In this document: in pieces, positions 36,887-50,475 of the stretch
How the letters are laid out: each line of letters starts with the position of its first letter
Numbering within the stretch: position 1 is the first letter of the stretch
NCBI GenBank assembly: GCA_050575255.1
Contig: JBNZDD010013731.1
Location: 12,300,998-12,364,997, forward strand
DNA: 64,000 bases
DNA from: Harriotta raleighana
Taxonomy: Eukaryota
Reading direction: 5' to 3'
Program-made: the position numbers and the translations under genes
The notes under the pieces: generated by a model
What the model was told of the DNA's origin: nothing
Seen by the model: the letters and a program-made list of their open reading frames with translations, nothing else
Database searches by the model: none

Positions 36887-37979
36887 GTAATGAGAAATCC
36901 CCATCAGAATGCCAACAAAACGTTGCTCAGTTAGGGATTGGTAGCAGGTACATTCCAGCATCCTCAAAAAAAAAAAAAATCCTGAAATGTCGTGGTGTTG
37001 TGATAACATCCTGGTCTCAATCACCCTTCCTGCTAATCTGTTCCAGCTGTTAATAACCCTCTATGTAAAGAAATACTTCCTGGTGTCTGCCCTAAATTGA
37101 TTTTCACAGCCTTGAAGCTATGATATATAATCCTGTTGTCTTGATGTTTCTGAAAGTATTTGGGTCAAAATGCCATAACATACAACATCTGGGTCACTTA
37201 ATATGCCTGAGACTTATGTTACAGAGTAAACTAGAGTGATGAAAAATTATAATAATAATCCACTCATTTTGATATAGCAACTTTTATGACAGGGGAAATG
37301 TCTCAAACCTCATTAAAAAAAACTCCTTTCCACACCCTTCTATTCCCTTCTCTCTCATGTGAAGGTCTAGCTTCTTCTTAACTGCAACAGTACTACAGTA
37401 TTTGATATTTACTAAATGATACAGTAAAAATACAACCAATCCAGTCAGTTGATAACAAATGACATTGATACTGACATTCTCCCTCACACAGCCACAGTTA
37501 TTGGAGTCGGTATTGGTCAGTGTTGATTAAGCACTCCGTCTGGTGTGAAGGACGCTGTACAAATGCAAGTTATTGTTATCAGCGTCATTGGACTTGTCAA
37601 GCATTTTTTTGGGGGAATCACTCCAGAGTGTGAAACATGGATACTGTACTGAGGAGATTATCCACATAGCTTACCCTGAAAGCACTGTGTGGCAAACTTC
37701 CAACTGTTTGTCCAGCTAGGGTCATCCTACCCTTTCAGGCTGTGGCTTGCATGGTTTACAGGAGCTGACTGCGAAGATTCCCTGCTCCCAACTGTTGGTC
37801 AACGCCTGGAATTTCTGCCATTCAGCCAGGTTGGCTGTGAGGTAATCAGAGAATGAAGCTGCCACGGAGAATACAACAATAAACAAATTGTATTTATACA
37901 GTGCTTTTCATGTTGGAAGGACATCCCAAGGCACTGGACAGCCAAGGGAACCATAGAGTTTATAGGAAGGTGAAGAGAC

Positions 37980-38460
37980 CTGACTCTCTAACCTCTGAGT
38001 CAGATCCTAATGTTCCTAATGCATTGTCAGAGGTGCTTTCCTTCAGATGAGTTGTTAAATATCTTCTCTGGGTGTTCAGGTGGACGATAATGATCCCATG
38101 TCACCACTCAAAAGGAGAAGGGAATTTCTCATGGAGTCTTGGTCAACAATCCCCCAAATAAAATTGGTCACTCACTCCATAGCCGTTTGTGGAACTTTGC
38201 TGAGAGTCAAGCACTCTGGAATGTCCCCAGGTGGAGGGCGCTATATAAATGCAAGTTGCTGTTGTTGTGTGCAACTATCTGCCTTGGGACCTCCTCCTGA
38301 TGTGAAAGGCTCTCTATAAATGTAATTTTGTTGTTGTTGTTATTTTTGCCCACAAAATACACAGTCAAAAAATCATTTTGTTGAATATACTGTGAATCAC
38401 TTTGAGACATCTTAATGACTTGATGCTATGTTAAATGCAAGGATTACTATATTATTATTT
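37980..38460 (+). mobile_element. Family B Deu-type SINE with two stacked L2-type tail insertions
   Basis: CTCTGAGTCAGA..GCATTGTCAGAGGTGC..GTTCAGGTGGACG..GATCCCATG. Inserts at about 38203-38268 and 38280-38341. Confidence 0.75.
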
Positions 38461-38844
38461 TTTGGCCCATTGTGTCTGTGCTGTTAGTTTAGAACAAGTG
38501 CCTGAAATGTAGCCTTGGAACTTCAGTGGTTGGAGACTTGAAATCCAAGCTCAGTTTGGAATGATCACCTCAGTAAATTACCAAGCAATGAACCATAAAC
38601 ACACAATAACATTCACAATGTGTTAAAGCATCAAGAATGTTTCTTATGTGCCATGAATGACCATATTTCAAGTTTTGCCACTTCACAATGCCAAATATGT
38701 CTACTGCAAAATTTCAACAACAACAGTGGTTAAACATTCATAGATAGGCTTTTCTGTAAATAGTGCACCCATGAAATTGCCTCAAACATTTGATCTTATT
38801 TCATATTTTGCCATCTTCTTCAGTGCTATGAATTATTGTTTCAA

Positions 38845-39535
38845 TAGTTTGTATATTTTCACCCACAAATGTAGTCAATTCACTTTACAGTGTATTCTGT
38901 GAAGTGCTTTGAGACGTTGATAAGATGTGAAAAGTGCTATAGCAAAATGCAAGGATTATTATATTATTATTATATAGGAATCTTTAGATGGTGAATTGAA
39001 ACCCTCAGTTAAACCTACAATACTTTATTAAGCTTTCAATCAGGTATCAGTCTGGCTCAGTTGGTAGAAATCTCACCTTTGAGTCAGAAGGTTATCAGTT
39101 CAAGCTCCATGTCAGGCTTGAACTCCAGTCCAGTATTGGGAGAGCACTACATTGTGAGAGGTGCCACTGCTTCATGCTTTTATGTGGAACATTTCTGTGT
39201 GCAAATTGTCTGCCATGTTAATGGGTTTCCACATTTGTCAGATACCTGGCTGAACTCCCCCCAAAAATTGTCTGCCATATTTTCCAGGAAAACAGTCACT
39301 GCATATTACAAAAAATCTCTCCAGGACAAAATGGGATCTTCGGATTTATACTAACTCCACGGGACCTTTAATACTCACCTGAACTTTATTTAAAATCTCA
39401 TCTGAATGAAAGCACCTCTAACAATGCAGCACTATCTCAGCACTTTGTTGGTTTACCAGCCTACTCTGTGAATTTAAAGCCATGATGGGAACCTACTGAT
39501 GTGAGAGAACTATAAACTGAGCCAATCTGACATCT
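38845..39535. mobile_element. Family A tail (+ 38845-38972) and two family B SINE pieces (+ 39045-39300; - 39340-39535)
   Basis: GTATCAGTCTGGCTCAGTTGGTAGAAATCTCACCTTTGAGTCAGAAGGTT head. Reverse-complement TCTCATCTGAA..GCACCTCTAACAATGCAGCAC. Confidence 0.7.
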
Positions 39536-41467
39536 GTTATTTTAATTCATCTGGTTTTGTTTCCAAAACCTCTATTCATTTTATGTTTCTCAATAAACAA
39601 TGCACATCAACAACAACAACACAATTATATTTGTATAGCGCCTTTCACATTGAGAGGATGTTCTATGGCCCCAAATGACATCTCATTTTAGCCTTAGGAT
39701 TTTTGTGTTAAATGTCGTTTTTGCAGAATTTTGGAATATTCTTAAATTTACAGAAAGCTTAATTTGGAAAATGTTTGTCTGCATTTTAATCTCTAACCAA
39801 CAACAGCATCTCAGTTGTTTCTAAATACTGTATTACCGTAAAATATTAACTTGTTCAATTTCAAAACTGCACCACTTTAAAAAAAAATTATCTTCTCTTA
39901 CTTCAACCACAAATTGGAAACCCAAGTGTGTTTTTTCTTTTAACAGTTTTGTTTTGACTTCAACACAAATAAGGTAACATTTGGCCCCAAGGGCCATTTT
40001 GTAATCTTTGTTCTTGACTGAGTCATATTCAAAAAAGTTAAAAGAGTGAAAGAATGATGTAACATCTTTAGAAATATGCAGGTCTTAAAGCCAAATTTGA
40101 ATGGATAAATTTACAGCATTTTATTAATTTGTTTAATTTTTTTCTGTTTTCGTCTCCAGAAGGATGGAAACAAGCCTGTTGAAAAATTTAATTTCTTTCC
40201 TGAATTGTTTTCCAGTTCAGTTGATGCCGTGTTTTAGCACAGGTAGCTATTTTAGTTAAGGCTTTAATACTGTACTGCACCACTAAAATTTTCCCACAAG
40301 AAAGAATTAGTGGAACCTCTGTGGGAAACGTTACCTCAGAGGGACATTGTGGATCTCTTAAACCAAAACTAAAGATACAGCTGTTGTTTTATGCTTTGGA
40401 GTCCTTCTGGATACAGATAGTAGATAAGGGCATTGGCAAGCCATCTGTTTGTCGTTCTGTGAAACACCATTTGAAAGGGCATCTGATGCCAATAAATTTT
40501 CTATACATGAAGGATCACAGCACAGGATAAAACAAGAATTTTATAGAGTGTCTGGCATATCCAATGCCTTAGGGGCAATTTATTATACCCACATTGCCAT
40601 TAAATGGTCTAATGAGGATGAGTTTTCTTGTGTGATTAGAAAAGGATACTATAAAGTTCCAGATGCTTTCTGATGCTTGGGGCAAACTATAGAATGCGGG
40701 CTGCATGGTGGCCTGCTAAACCATGTTCGAACAGACAACCCTCAGCTTTAAAATGGTGTACAGAAGGATAGATGAGCACTTGGTACCTCAGAGAAGTGGC
40801 CCTTGAGTTTTGTTCTATTCTAAACTCATCAATATAGTGCAATGGAATCGTAATACATCTGATACCACAGATAGGATAATCATATCTACAAGAAGGGTCT
40901 GAATGGTGTAGTGGGTTAGACTTTGGACTTTCAACTCTAGGACATTAGACTGGTAGGTGTGGGTTTTAACCCATCATTCTTAAGTGCTATTTATTGTGAT
41001 GATGGCGTATTGTTTTTGCAACGGAGACCAGTTTCAGGAATTTGTGGTTTCTGCGTTCTAGCCTTGAGCACGGCTTTCCCCCTCCCCCGGGTTCTTGTAC
41101 ATTTATAGGGTGAGAGATTAGGGTCAGAATGTGGAGGTCAAAGTGGATTAAAAACACAGACTGCACATTGCACCATGGCTGATACATTTCCATTTTTTGC
41201 ACAAAGATTTTGTTTTTAACCAGTTGCTCTTACCTATATGTTGACAATAATTGTTTTACCAGACCTACCCTCTGTTTCCCCTCCCTGTCCTTCTTAAAAG
41301 CATTGGTTCTTGCTAGGTGCTGGCCCATTGTTGTTCGTTGGCTTTCAGGAATCTAAATAAATTGCTATTCTTCACCTGTGAACCTAAACTCTAAAGGCTT
41401 GGCAGCCTGTTTGACAATGGGTAATACTACAACCTACCCTGACCCTGTTCCTCATAGATATTTCTGT

Positions 41468-41498
41468 ACACACACACATACACACACTCACACGCACA
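41468..41498. repeat. Imperfect (CA)n microsatellite
   Basis: ACACACACACATACACACACTCACACGCACA. Confidence 0.9.
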
Positions 41499-41829
41499 AT
41501 TTTGAGCAAGGTGATTCCAACTACACAATGATCAAACACAGGATTCCTGTGATTTTTATCTTGTCCAGCACTGTTTCAACACTCATGGTTGAAATCACTC
41601 ATGGTTCAAATCATCTTGTTCGGTTCAAAGATTAAGGTTCAAAGATAATTATGATTTTTGTAGAAATTCTGGACCATTGAATGGAATATTTGAACAGGCT
41701 CCAACTGAATTCCTATACATTACGCAACATTTACATGATATAAAGAAAAGGCTTTGCTTGTATCATTAGAGGTTCTCTCGATGTGAGGCATTTCACTCTT
41801 TTATATCTAATCCAAAATTCTCTCTATCT

Positions 41830-42175
41830 GCATGGCTGCCATGTTTCGCCCACAAATATACAGTCAATTCTCCTACTCTCTTCCACCCTACCCCGACCTC
41901 TCTCCACCCTGCTCTGGTCCCTACCTGACTGTTCAGCGCCTTGGGACGTCCGCCCGATGCGAAAGGCGCTATATAAATGTAAGTTTTGATTGATTGATTG
42001 ATCCTCACTCATACCAAACCCCGCATTCCCATTACCCCAGCTATTTGCTAGCCTCCATTGGCTTCCTGTCTCCCAATGGTGTCAGTTCAAGCCTAATGGA
42101 TTCACTTCAAGTGTTTTGAGATGTCTAGAAAATGTGAAAAGTGCTATATCAAATGCAAGGATTATTATTATTATT
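41830..42175 (+). mobile_element. Family A SINE 3' half split by an L2 3'UTR with a (TTGA)n tail and a further L2 piece
   Basis: SINE to ATATACAGTCAATTC, then C-rich L2 3'UTR, CAGCGCCTTGGGACGTCC..AAAGGCGCTATATAAATG, (TTGA)n. The SINE tail resumes at about 42108. Confidence 0.8.
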
Positions 42176-43715
42176 TATGCCCAGTGCCTTGTTTCCTTTT
42201 GGCAAACATCCAGGTATAATGAGATGAAGAAGAAGTCAAAAAAATGAATTTTCTTTCTTGACCAGCTAATGGATTAAAAAATGTATAGCCATGCTTGTAA
42301 CCTTTAGACTCCCTCTTTGATATTGAATGAGTGGAATCTCTTCGCAAACAGAGTAATGCAAACCATGAAGTTGGGTAACAATTTAACATATACTCTATTA
42401 TGAAGCTGCCAAGTTTACCGTTGTTAAATTAATTTATTGACAAAGTTTATTGGGTTAACCCAAATTGGATTTCACTGGATTAAGTTATTCTCTGGCCATT
42501 TTGAACTTTTTAGTGATAATGGGTTTCTAACTCTAGGATCTAATTTGTGGAACAATTTAATAGGATTCCTCAATAAGGATCCCATTAACATTCCCACTGA
42601 ACCGTGGGTTTTCCTTTCCGGAATTAAATCGTGTTGGAGCAGAGTTACTATTGGTGAAGTGATGTCACAATTCTGGTTACCAGAAGGGGTCCCTATTTGC
42701 ATGACTTGCATTCTTTATGAAGGAATCCTTTTAAGGTACTGTATACTGCAAATTAGATCCCCAGAAAATTTGACAAAGCATTGAGTAAGAAATGACAATG
42801 GAGCAATGTACAATCCATCCCAAATTGGACTCCATTGCAATTATTCAATCTTCTGAAGGATAGTTTCTACCATAAAGAACCCCTGATCTCTAAAACTTAC
42901 CAAATGCAACTTCAAAATATTGGTCAATCTCCATCCTGGCTGTTTGATTTCCACAGGAAATATTAACTATGTTATGATAGCACTTGACTGGTTACATGGA
43001 GGATTTGATTGCCTCCGACACATTTAACCATAAAAGTTCTATCCATTCCTAAAATAGTTTTTTTGTGTGATAATGTCAGTCTATGACCATTGTCAGTTTT
43101 AGGGTGACTTGTGTCTCCGACCAACTGGTTTTGCTTATTTCTACCTCGAACCGTGAAACTCAAAAACACTAATATTACAGTAATAAAGGTGATAATAATC
43201 TGTGATAATAATAATTTGATATAGCACCTCATCCTGTAATTGAAATATCTGAAAACTCTTCACAGGAATTATTGTAAAATGTAGTGACTATATTTGTAGG
43301 TAAATATGGTAGCCATTTGCACAAAGCATTATGTTGGAAATGGCCATTAAGTGAATGACCAGTATTAACTGAGGGATTGTTAGATTTTAGGATGTTGGGA
43401 AGAAAACTAATATTTACATTGACTTACTAAAGACCCAGCTAAAGACACGAAAATTTAAATACAACAATAACAAAATTACATTAGTATAGCAATAAATGAT
43501 TTATAATACAAGCATTGCATTTGCATAAAGTTACCTGAACTTGCCTTGGTATCCTATTTTACTTCTCACCATTAAATTGTTCTGTTAAATAGTTAACTTC
43601 CATCTTTGTCAACATAGCTTCACACAGAGATGTCTCTCATTATTTCTCTTATCTCTTCTGTCACATTCCCTCTCTATAATTTACATTAAAAGCATCTTTT
43701 GAAACTGATTACCTG

Positions 43716-43773
43716 CCTATTCTTCCTCTTTTTAACATATCCTCCCTATTCTTCCTCTTTTTAACATATCCTC
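43716..43773. repeat. Perfect 29-bp tandem duplication
   Basis: CCTATTCTTCCTCTTTTTAACATATCCTC occurs twice (43716-43744 and 43745-43773). Confidence 0.95.
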
Positions 43774-46700
43774 CATTTTCTATCTAGTTCTAACTTTAAA
43801 ATCCATCACTTACTTTCTGCTTCCTTCTTCCAAATCCACGGCCTCTTCCAGGCATTGGGTGCAATAGTTTCAGAAGCAATTCAACTAGCTGAAATTGAAA
43901 CTTTACAGGTCATTATTATGTGGGACCAAGGAAAAGCTATAACCAGGGAAGATCGACCAGTCTGTAAAAGACTTGCAACAGTTTTTTTCCCAGACTCAAT
44001 TTATTATGTCTAAAGAGGGAAATGGGGCTGTGATTGAGTGAACCTGAGACCTGGCAGCCATCCCCTACCCTGAAGATATACAATCATCAAAATCGCTCCA
44101 GGAGTTAACTATTTCTGTCAAATGTCTATTCTACACATGCGTAACGCTGAGAAACAATTTCCATCTCGAGTCACATTTAAAGGCTATTAATTTTGTGCTG
44201 TGCCCTCTAGTTCCGGGCTCACAGTCCATGTTAAATAGTCCCAGATGTAGAAACAGAAGCTAACTTATATCAGTCACAGATAACAAAAAAACAAATAAGA
44301 TGTCAACTACAATGATATAATTTGGAATTCTACAACTTATGATGCTTTTGCTATTTATTGAGTACATCCAATCATTGGATGCAATATTCACTGGGTTATA
44401 AAGCCTACATACAAAACATGTGGAATGCAGTGTTTGCATTGGCAAAGCCATACAAGTAGAATTTATATTAGTTCTAATGGATTTTGGCTGCTGGTACTAG
44501 AATAAATACTCATGCACTTGAGGTTAGTAAAGTTGGCATTTACAAGTAGCTTTATGAATGAATGGTGTTAAGCAATTGACAATGAAGAGGGAACCATATA
44601 TCCTGGAGTGTTGCATTATTTCTCCCACATTTCCAATGTTGACATTAGAAAATGTATTAAACGTTCATTTTCACTGCAGCAAAAATCAGTCATACAGATC
44701 TATGCACATCTTTCCCATCTTTTTTATCCTGCCACCCAGTGCCGTCCTTGTCTTTGACATTTCCAGCACAGAAACAGACCATTCAGTCCAACTATTCCGT
44801 GTTTAATCTTCACATGGGACTCCTTTCCCACAGTGTTCTGGCCAACAAACACACATCGAGATAAAATTGGTCATACTTTATGCAAATTATCCGCCATGTT
44901 TGCCTGCAAATACACAGACACTTCATTTCACAATCAAATCCTGGGAAGTACTTTGAGACATCCAACAATGTATTAAGGTGCTACCCATCAAATGCAAGGA
45001 TTATGATATGCAACTCCTGACATTCTAGCTATTCCACTGCACAAATGGCAAGAGGAAAGGCTGTTAATTTCATCAGAAGAAGAATGTGGAGGTTACATTT
45101 GTGTTGTGTTACTTTGCACTGGCGTAAAGCCCACAGGGTGGCAGTACACCTTCCCAAGAAGTGGAATATTTATTTTCAATCATCGCCATCTTTGATTCTC
45201 TCTTCACAAGATCAGTTTTGGATGAAAAAGGCTCATTTGATCTCATCCGTCCAAATTCCTCACTCTGCTATCCCCCCAGTCACATCATCAAGCTGTTTTG
45301 TTAAATGAATCCAGCATTGAGGCCTCAACCACCCTTTCAGGTAAACCCGTTCCTGCTCATCCTATAGACCTTCTCAATAATGTAATGTCATAACAAATAA
45401 GACCATTTATTGATATAGACTGCTCAAGACCATTTATTCACATGTTACATAACAATTTTGGATTTTGTTCCTGAAATTCCCTTTTTAATTAGGCTTTCTC
45501 TTTATACTGTACTTCGATCTCCATTGGTGACTGTCTAGCATGTAAGGATTGCTAGAGGCAATCCAGTAGAGCTGCTGCCAAGGCTCAAGTACCCATCTTG
45601 AACAGGTTATTTTCTAATTTGAAAAACTGCCATTAATCTCAATTTCAGCGAAAATGTTGGAGAGAGCTACAAAGAGGTTGGGCAACCTACAATGAGACAT
45701 CATCCATATAAAATGCAATTGGATGCTCCAAGCCCCTGTCATCAATTCTTTCCAGTGTAAGTTGATCCAAAAGCAATCCGTTGTGTTTCTTTTAATAAGA
45801 ACACTCAACTTGACGATGATTGGCACTTCATGACCCATGTCTCTGCTGACAGGGAGACGTTATCCTGGCAGCCGAGACGCTCTGAGATGCTACCCTGCGT
45901 GGAGAGCGCTATATAACTTGTTGTTATTGTGTGTATGTTGGGGAGGGTGGCAATAAAAAATCCTAATGTTTTATGGAATGACACTGTCATATTACACAAC
46001 AAGTCTTCAACTCAACACAAAATAAACTAAGTACATCATCTAGGATAACAATTCATAATTAACCATTAAAATTCTCAGACGGGTTCTCACAACTTAAAAT
46101 TCTTGCAACTTATCAAAGACTCATAATGTTGTTACATTTGCCTGACTTTGTATCACATGATTTTGGTTCTGATTAACTTTTCCCCTTGCTCTTAAGCTCT
46201 TTTATTCATTTTTTTTGTTGCTTTGAAGTGGCATTTGGTCTCAATTTCCACTGGGACTGAAGAGGAGGCGGTAAATTCAAAGAAAGACAGACTGAAAGAA
46301 GCAGAGAAAAAGCATTTGTAAAACACACAAGATGGGTGTAATGCAGTGTACACAAACTAAACCAATCGTCAAATGCAGCACGGGAACAGAGGGGAACACA
46401 TGGAAGGGAAATAAGAGCGGTAAAAGAAAATGAAAGGAAAGATGAACAGCTAGGAAAAGAATAAAACCCAAAACAAAGAATAAAACAAGACTGGTGCTGT
46501 ACACTAAAGCTCTTAAACATTTAGTGCCACTAAACGTAAGATGTGGCTTTTCCCACATGGTGAGCACCTGCCTTTAACTGTATCATAACGTGGATATACT
46601 GAGCGGAGTCCTAGCACTTCCATATAATTTACTAAACTCTGAGTTTAACCCACTCTGATCCTGAGCCAAAGCAAATTGTCCATTCACCTTAAAAAGAAAC

Positions 46701-47544
46701 ATTACAATTTTACGAAACACATTCAATTTCTTAATTAACCCCATTCCTTAATTAGGGAAACAACCTGCAATTCGAACCAGATTTTGTTACACCCTCCCCA
46801 GCTATAGCAGAATAGTTTGGGTTGGAATCTCATATCACCATTTTATGATCCTGAGATGAGTAATTCTGTTTAGTAAATTTTAGGCCTCAGATAGGGTTCC
46901 CTAGGATTTTGTTTAATACTGGTTGATATGTCCTAGGAAGGCTGAAATCTGCACAATCTAAGGCCAGCATTTTTTTTAGTTTTTTATTATCAGCCTGGAG
47001 GATTTGGGCACCAATCGCTTTTCAAATAAGTTAAGGAATGCTTACAGGATATATTGCTAAAACAGCTGAATATAGATCCCTAGACATCATACTGACACTA
47101 TACAGTGCTCTGATCAGATTGCACTTTGAGTACTGCGAACAGTTCTAGTCAATACAGCATGAAGGGGCTGTCCAGGCTTTAGAGGTGGTGCAGAAGAGAA
47201 CAATGAAGGTGTTAGAGGAATGAGCTATGAGAGATGCATAGACAAACTAGAGTTCTTGAGGACTTCCAAGAGGAAGGTGTATACAATTGAAAAACTAAAC
47301 CCAAATAAATACTTTAGGATGCCATGAGAGAGTAAAATAAGAGAGCATGGGTTTAGAATTGTAAAGGGCAATTTCAGAAAAGATAACAATCTGTTGGAAC
47401 TAGGAGTTGCAAGCACAGAGGCTAAGTTTGCAGATGACATCAAGCTAATGATGATGGTAGATTGCGAAACTGAACAAAATAGGTTACAGGAGGATTTGAA
47501 CATACTTGGGAATAGGGCAGGTGACATTAAATATGGAGAAAGGT

Positions 47545-48275
47545 AAACAACGACAAAATTACATTTGTATAGCATCTTTCAGCTCGGGAAGATGTCCAAG
47601 CCGTTGGAAAAACAGTATTCTGGATCCGACCTCTGGAAAGGGTTTGGGAGGATGGGAGGCATGGGGGAAGGAGGTTGATCAAAAGCTTGGTCAAAGAGGA
47701 GACCATTGGGGTAGGTCTTGAAGGAGGCAAAGGATGGGCCATGATGGAGGGTCTGCTGGATGGATTTCCACGGGGTGGGGGCAGAGTGACTGAAGACCCA
47801 CCTGCCAATGATGGTGTGGATGAGGTGGGACATATGAAGCAGGCCAGAACCCACTGAGTGGAGGGAGTGGTTAGGAGGAAGCAGAGGGAGGGGGGAACAA
47901 GACCATAGAGGGCTTTGAAGGTGAGGATCAGGATCTTGAACACATGGGGGACACAAAATTCTGGAAAGGACTATTATTTGATGAAATTGGAGAAATTGAG
48001 AAGACACAGATGAGGATAACCAAAAAACCCACCCCGCTTTTCCCTCCATTTCTCCCCCTTGCCATTTATTCCCCCCTTTTTTCCCCCATTTCTGTGTGTG
48101 TTTGTGGGACACTGCTGTGCGCAATTTGCTGCCGCGTTTCGCCCACAAATATACAGTCATTTTTTCCTACTCCTTTCCCTGAGCCCTCCCCCCATACTTG
48201 GCTGTACAGCGCTTTGGGACGTCCTCCCGACGTGAAAGGCGCTATATAAATAAAATTTTGATTTTTGATTTGATG
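47545..48275. mobile_element. L2 3' fragment (- 47545-47945) back-to-back with a SINE/L2 chimeric 3' fragment (+ about 48095-48275)
   Basis: ORF 47527-47943(-) FKILILTFKALYGLVPPSL; ORF 47579-48160(-) IIGRWVFSHSAPTPWKSI. + tail CAGCGCTTTGGGACGTCCTCCCGACGTGAAAGGCGCTATATAAAT. Confidence 0.8.
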
Positions 48276-48638
48276 ATTGAGGGAATGGAAGGACTGGATT
48301 ATGAGGAGCGAATATATAAATTGGGCATGTTCATCCTGAAAAAGAGAAGATTGAGAGGAACATGATTCCTGTCATTAAGTTTTGAAAGGGGCTAGACAAT
48401 ATAGATCATGACAGGCTGTTTCAACTTATCCAGAATAATAAAACCAGAGGGCAAGGCCTATAATTGATGGTGGATAAATTCTGAACATATTTACGCAAAC
48501 ACTATTTCAGTGAATGAATAGCGAATTTGTGGAACACGCTCCCTAGGGAGACAGTTGAAGCAGGACATGTTGATTCTTTCAAAAACAGATTAGATAGTTT
48601 TCTTTTAGGAAATAACATTATGGGATAATAATATTGCA

Positions 48639-48933
48639 TGGATTCCTGTAGCTCAGTGATTAGAGCACTCGCCTTAAAAGCGAGAGACCTGGGTTCAATT
48701 CCAGGCAGGGCGAACCTTGGGCAAGTTTCCTTACTCCACACGCCTAATAATAATCCCTCAAAAAAAGTTGATCACTTCAATCCACAACTGTGTGTGGGAC
48801 ACTGATGTGCGCAATTGGCTGCCTCGTTTCACCCGTATATATACAATCAATTCACTTTACATTATATTCTGTGAAGTGCTTTGAGACGTCTAGAAGACAT
48901 GAAAAGCGCTATATCAAATGCAAGGATTATTAT
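48639..48933 (+). mobile_element. tRNA-derived SINE, family A, best-preserved copy
   Basis: A box TAGCTCAGTGATTAGAGC, B box GGTTCAATTCC, body, tail stem-loop and ATTATTAT end. Inserted into CR1. Confidence 0.93.
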
Positions 48934-49594
48934 GTATAAATTATTGGGTATAATACATAGGTAGTTAGGGATGGATTTGCATGTGACCACCCAGGAAGGT
49001 TGAAGGTGAACTTGATAGATCTTGGTCTTTCTTCGTCTAGCATTTCTTATGCTCTTATGTTTTTCTTTACAAAGAGGGTAATCAACAATTGGAGCAAGTT
49101 GCCAGCTAAGGTGGTATGGGAGAAATTTACCCCAAAGCAAAATGGTAATGAGGGTGAAACATCTCTCCACATATCTGCTTTAGTTATACAAAGAGTTAAT
49201 CACTATTCTGTCTGTCAATGTTCTTTCGAGTGCTTACCTATGATGTGGGTTTGTCAGCAAGTAACCAGCTAGGACTTAGGTAGACATTTAATAACATGTC
49301 TCAGTTTTCTAAACACTACTATATAAAAGCTATGTTTCTTTGCATTAAATCTACAAATCAAAATGAGACTAGTTATTTTTTCACAGAAGTCCCTATGATA
49401 GCATTATGTTGTATTTAAAAGCAGCAGAAAAGAATATAAGTGAAAGATGCGCAGTACAACAAGACAAAATTAGGAAATGTTTTGTCTCCATATCCTTGTG
49501 TTCATTGACAGCATTGTTCTAATTATTTTCACAAACTCACCTGGGATTTCTCATCTTGTTATCATATCTGATTTGGCAATGGTAACAAATGGAA

Positions 49595-49920
49595 TCATAG
49601 AAACAGGAGTAGGCTATTCAGCCCCACGAGCCTGTTCTACCATTTTAGAAAATCATGGCTGATCTCTGTACCTCAAGTCTAGTTACCTGTCCTTGCCCCA
49701 TATCAAAAAGGCAATAATAATTTGGTCACTTCAATCCATGACTGTTTGTAGGGCACTGCTGTACTCAATTGACTGCTGTGTTCACCCACAAAATATACAG
49801 TCGATTCACTTCACAGTATATTCTGTGAAGTGCTTTGAGACGTGAAAAGCTCTTCTTCAAATGCAAGGATTATTATTATAATAATATCCCTTGATACCCA
49901 GAAATTCCATCTGTGTCTAG
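49595..49920 (-). mobile_element. CR1 3' end (second family) with a nested + strand family A SINE 3' half at about 49712-49885
   Basis: CATAGAAACAGGAGTAGGCTATTCAGCCCCACGAGCCTG, the same family as 58111-58470. ATATC is repeated on both sides of the SINE. Confidence 0.7.
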
Positions 49921-50339
49921 AATTACTCTAGGATGTAGCATTTCACAGCGTCCAGAAATTGGCAAATTGTTCAATTCAGTCTAAACGTGGAAGCCATATC
50001 CTGTACTTCATAAAAAATTGTAAGAAAGTAAACATTTACCATGTAGTCGAAATGTCCTGAAGCTTTTAGCAGAATATATTGTAAGAGAATTAATTGTATA
50101 TTTTGTGAGCTATAATTTGAGCATTAGAAGCTTATGTCTGCCCACGGTTTTAGCATTTTCATCTTCAATTTTGAATTCTGGAAAATTCTTAAATTCAGTT
50201 TGAATTTAGATTTTTGTTCAGTTCTTACTACTGTATTATGATAACTCATTCAATGCAACATTCAATCCAATCTTAGCTTGTAAGAGTGTTTTGGTTTAAT
50301 ATTTAAGATAGCATGTAATTTGTGCAAGTTTTTCAACCT

Positions 50340-50475
50340 AATAATAATCCTTGCATTTGATATAACGCTTTTCACGTATTCTGGATGTCCCAAACCGCTT
50401 CACAGAATATACTGCAAAGTGAATTGACTGTATATTTGTGGGCGAAACGCAGCAGCCAATTGCACACAGCAGAAC
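50340..50475 (-). mobile_element. Family A SINE 3' half
   Basis: AATAATAATCCTTGCATTTGATATAACGC..GCAGCCAATTGCACACAGCAG. Confidence 0.85.

Larger units (their letters stand above)
47040..49115 (+). mobile_element. Old fragmented CR1 copies interrupted by L2 and SINE insertions
   Basis: LYSALIRLHFEYC (about 47100), AAGTTTGCAGATGACATCAAG (FADD, about 47424), GAAAAGAGAAGATTGAGAGG (about 48340), 3' end TTTCTTATGCTCTTATG (about 49045-49060). Confidence 0.75.

Noticed and set aside
40985-41415. Possible second LTR (TATA-like and AATAAA motifs on both strands)
   Set aside because: I could not find TG..CA termini with a matching TSD.
48639-48715. tRNA-gene-like sequences with A and B boxes, here and at many other sites
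   Set aside because: Each continues into a SINE body and L2-type tail, so they are SINE heads and not tRNA genes.
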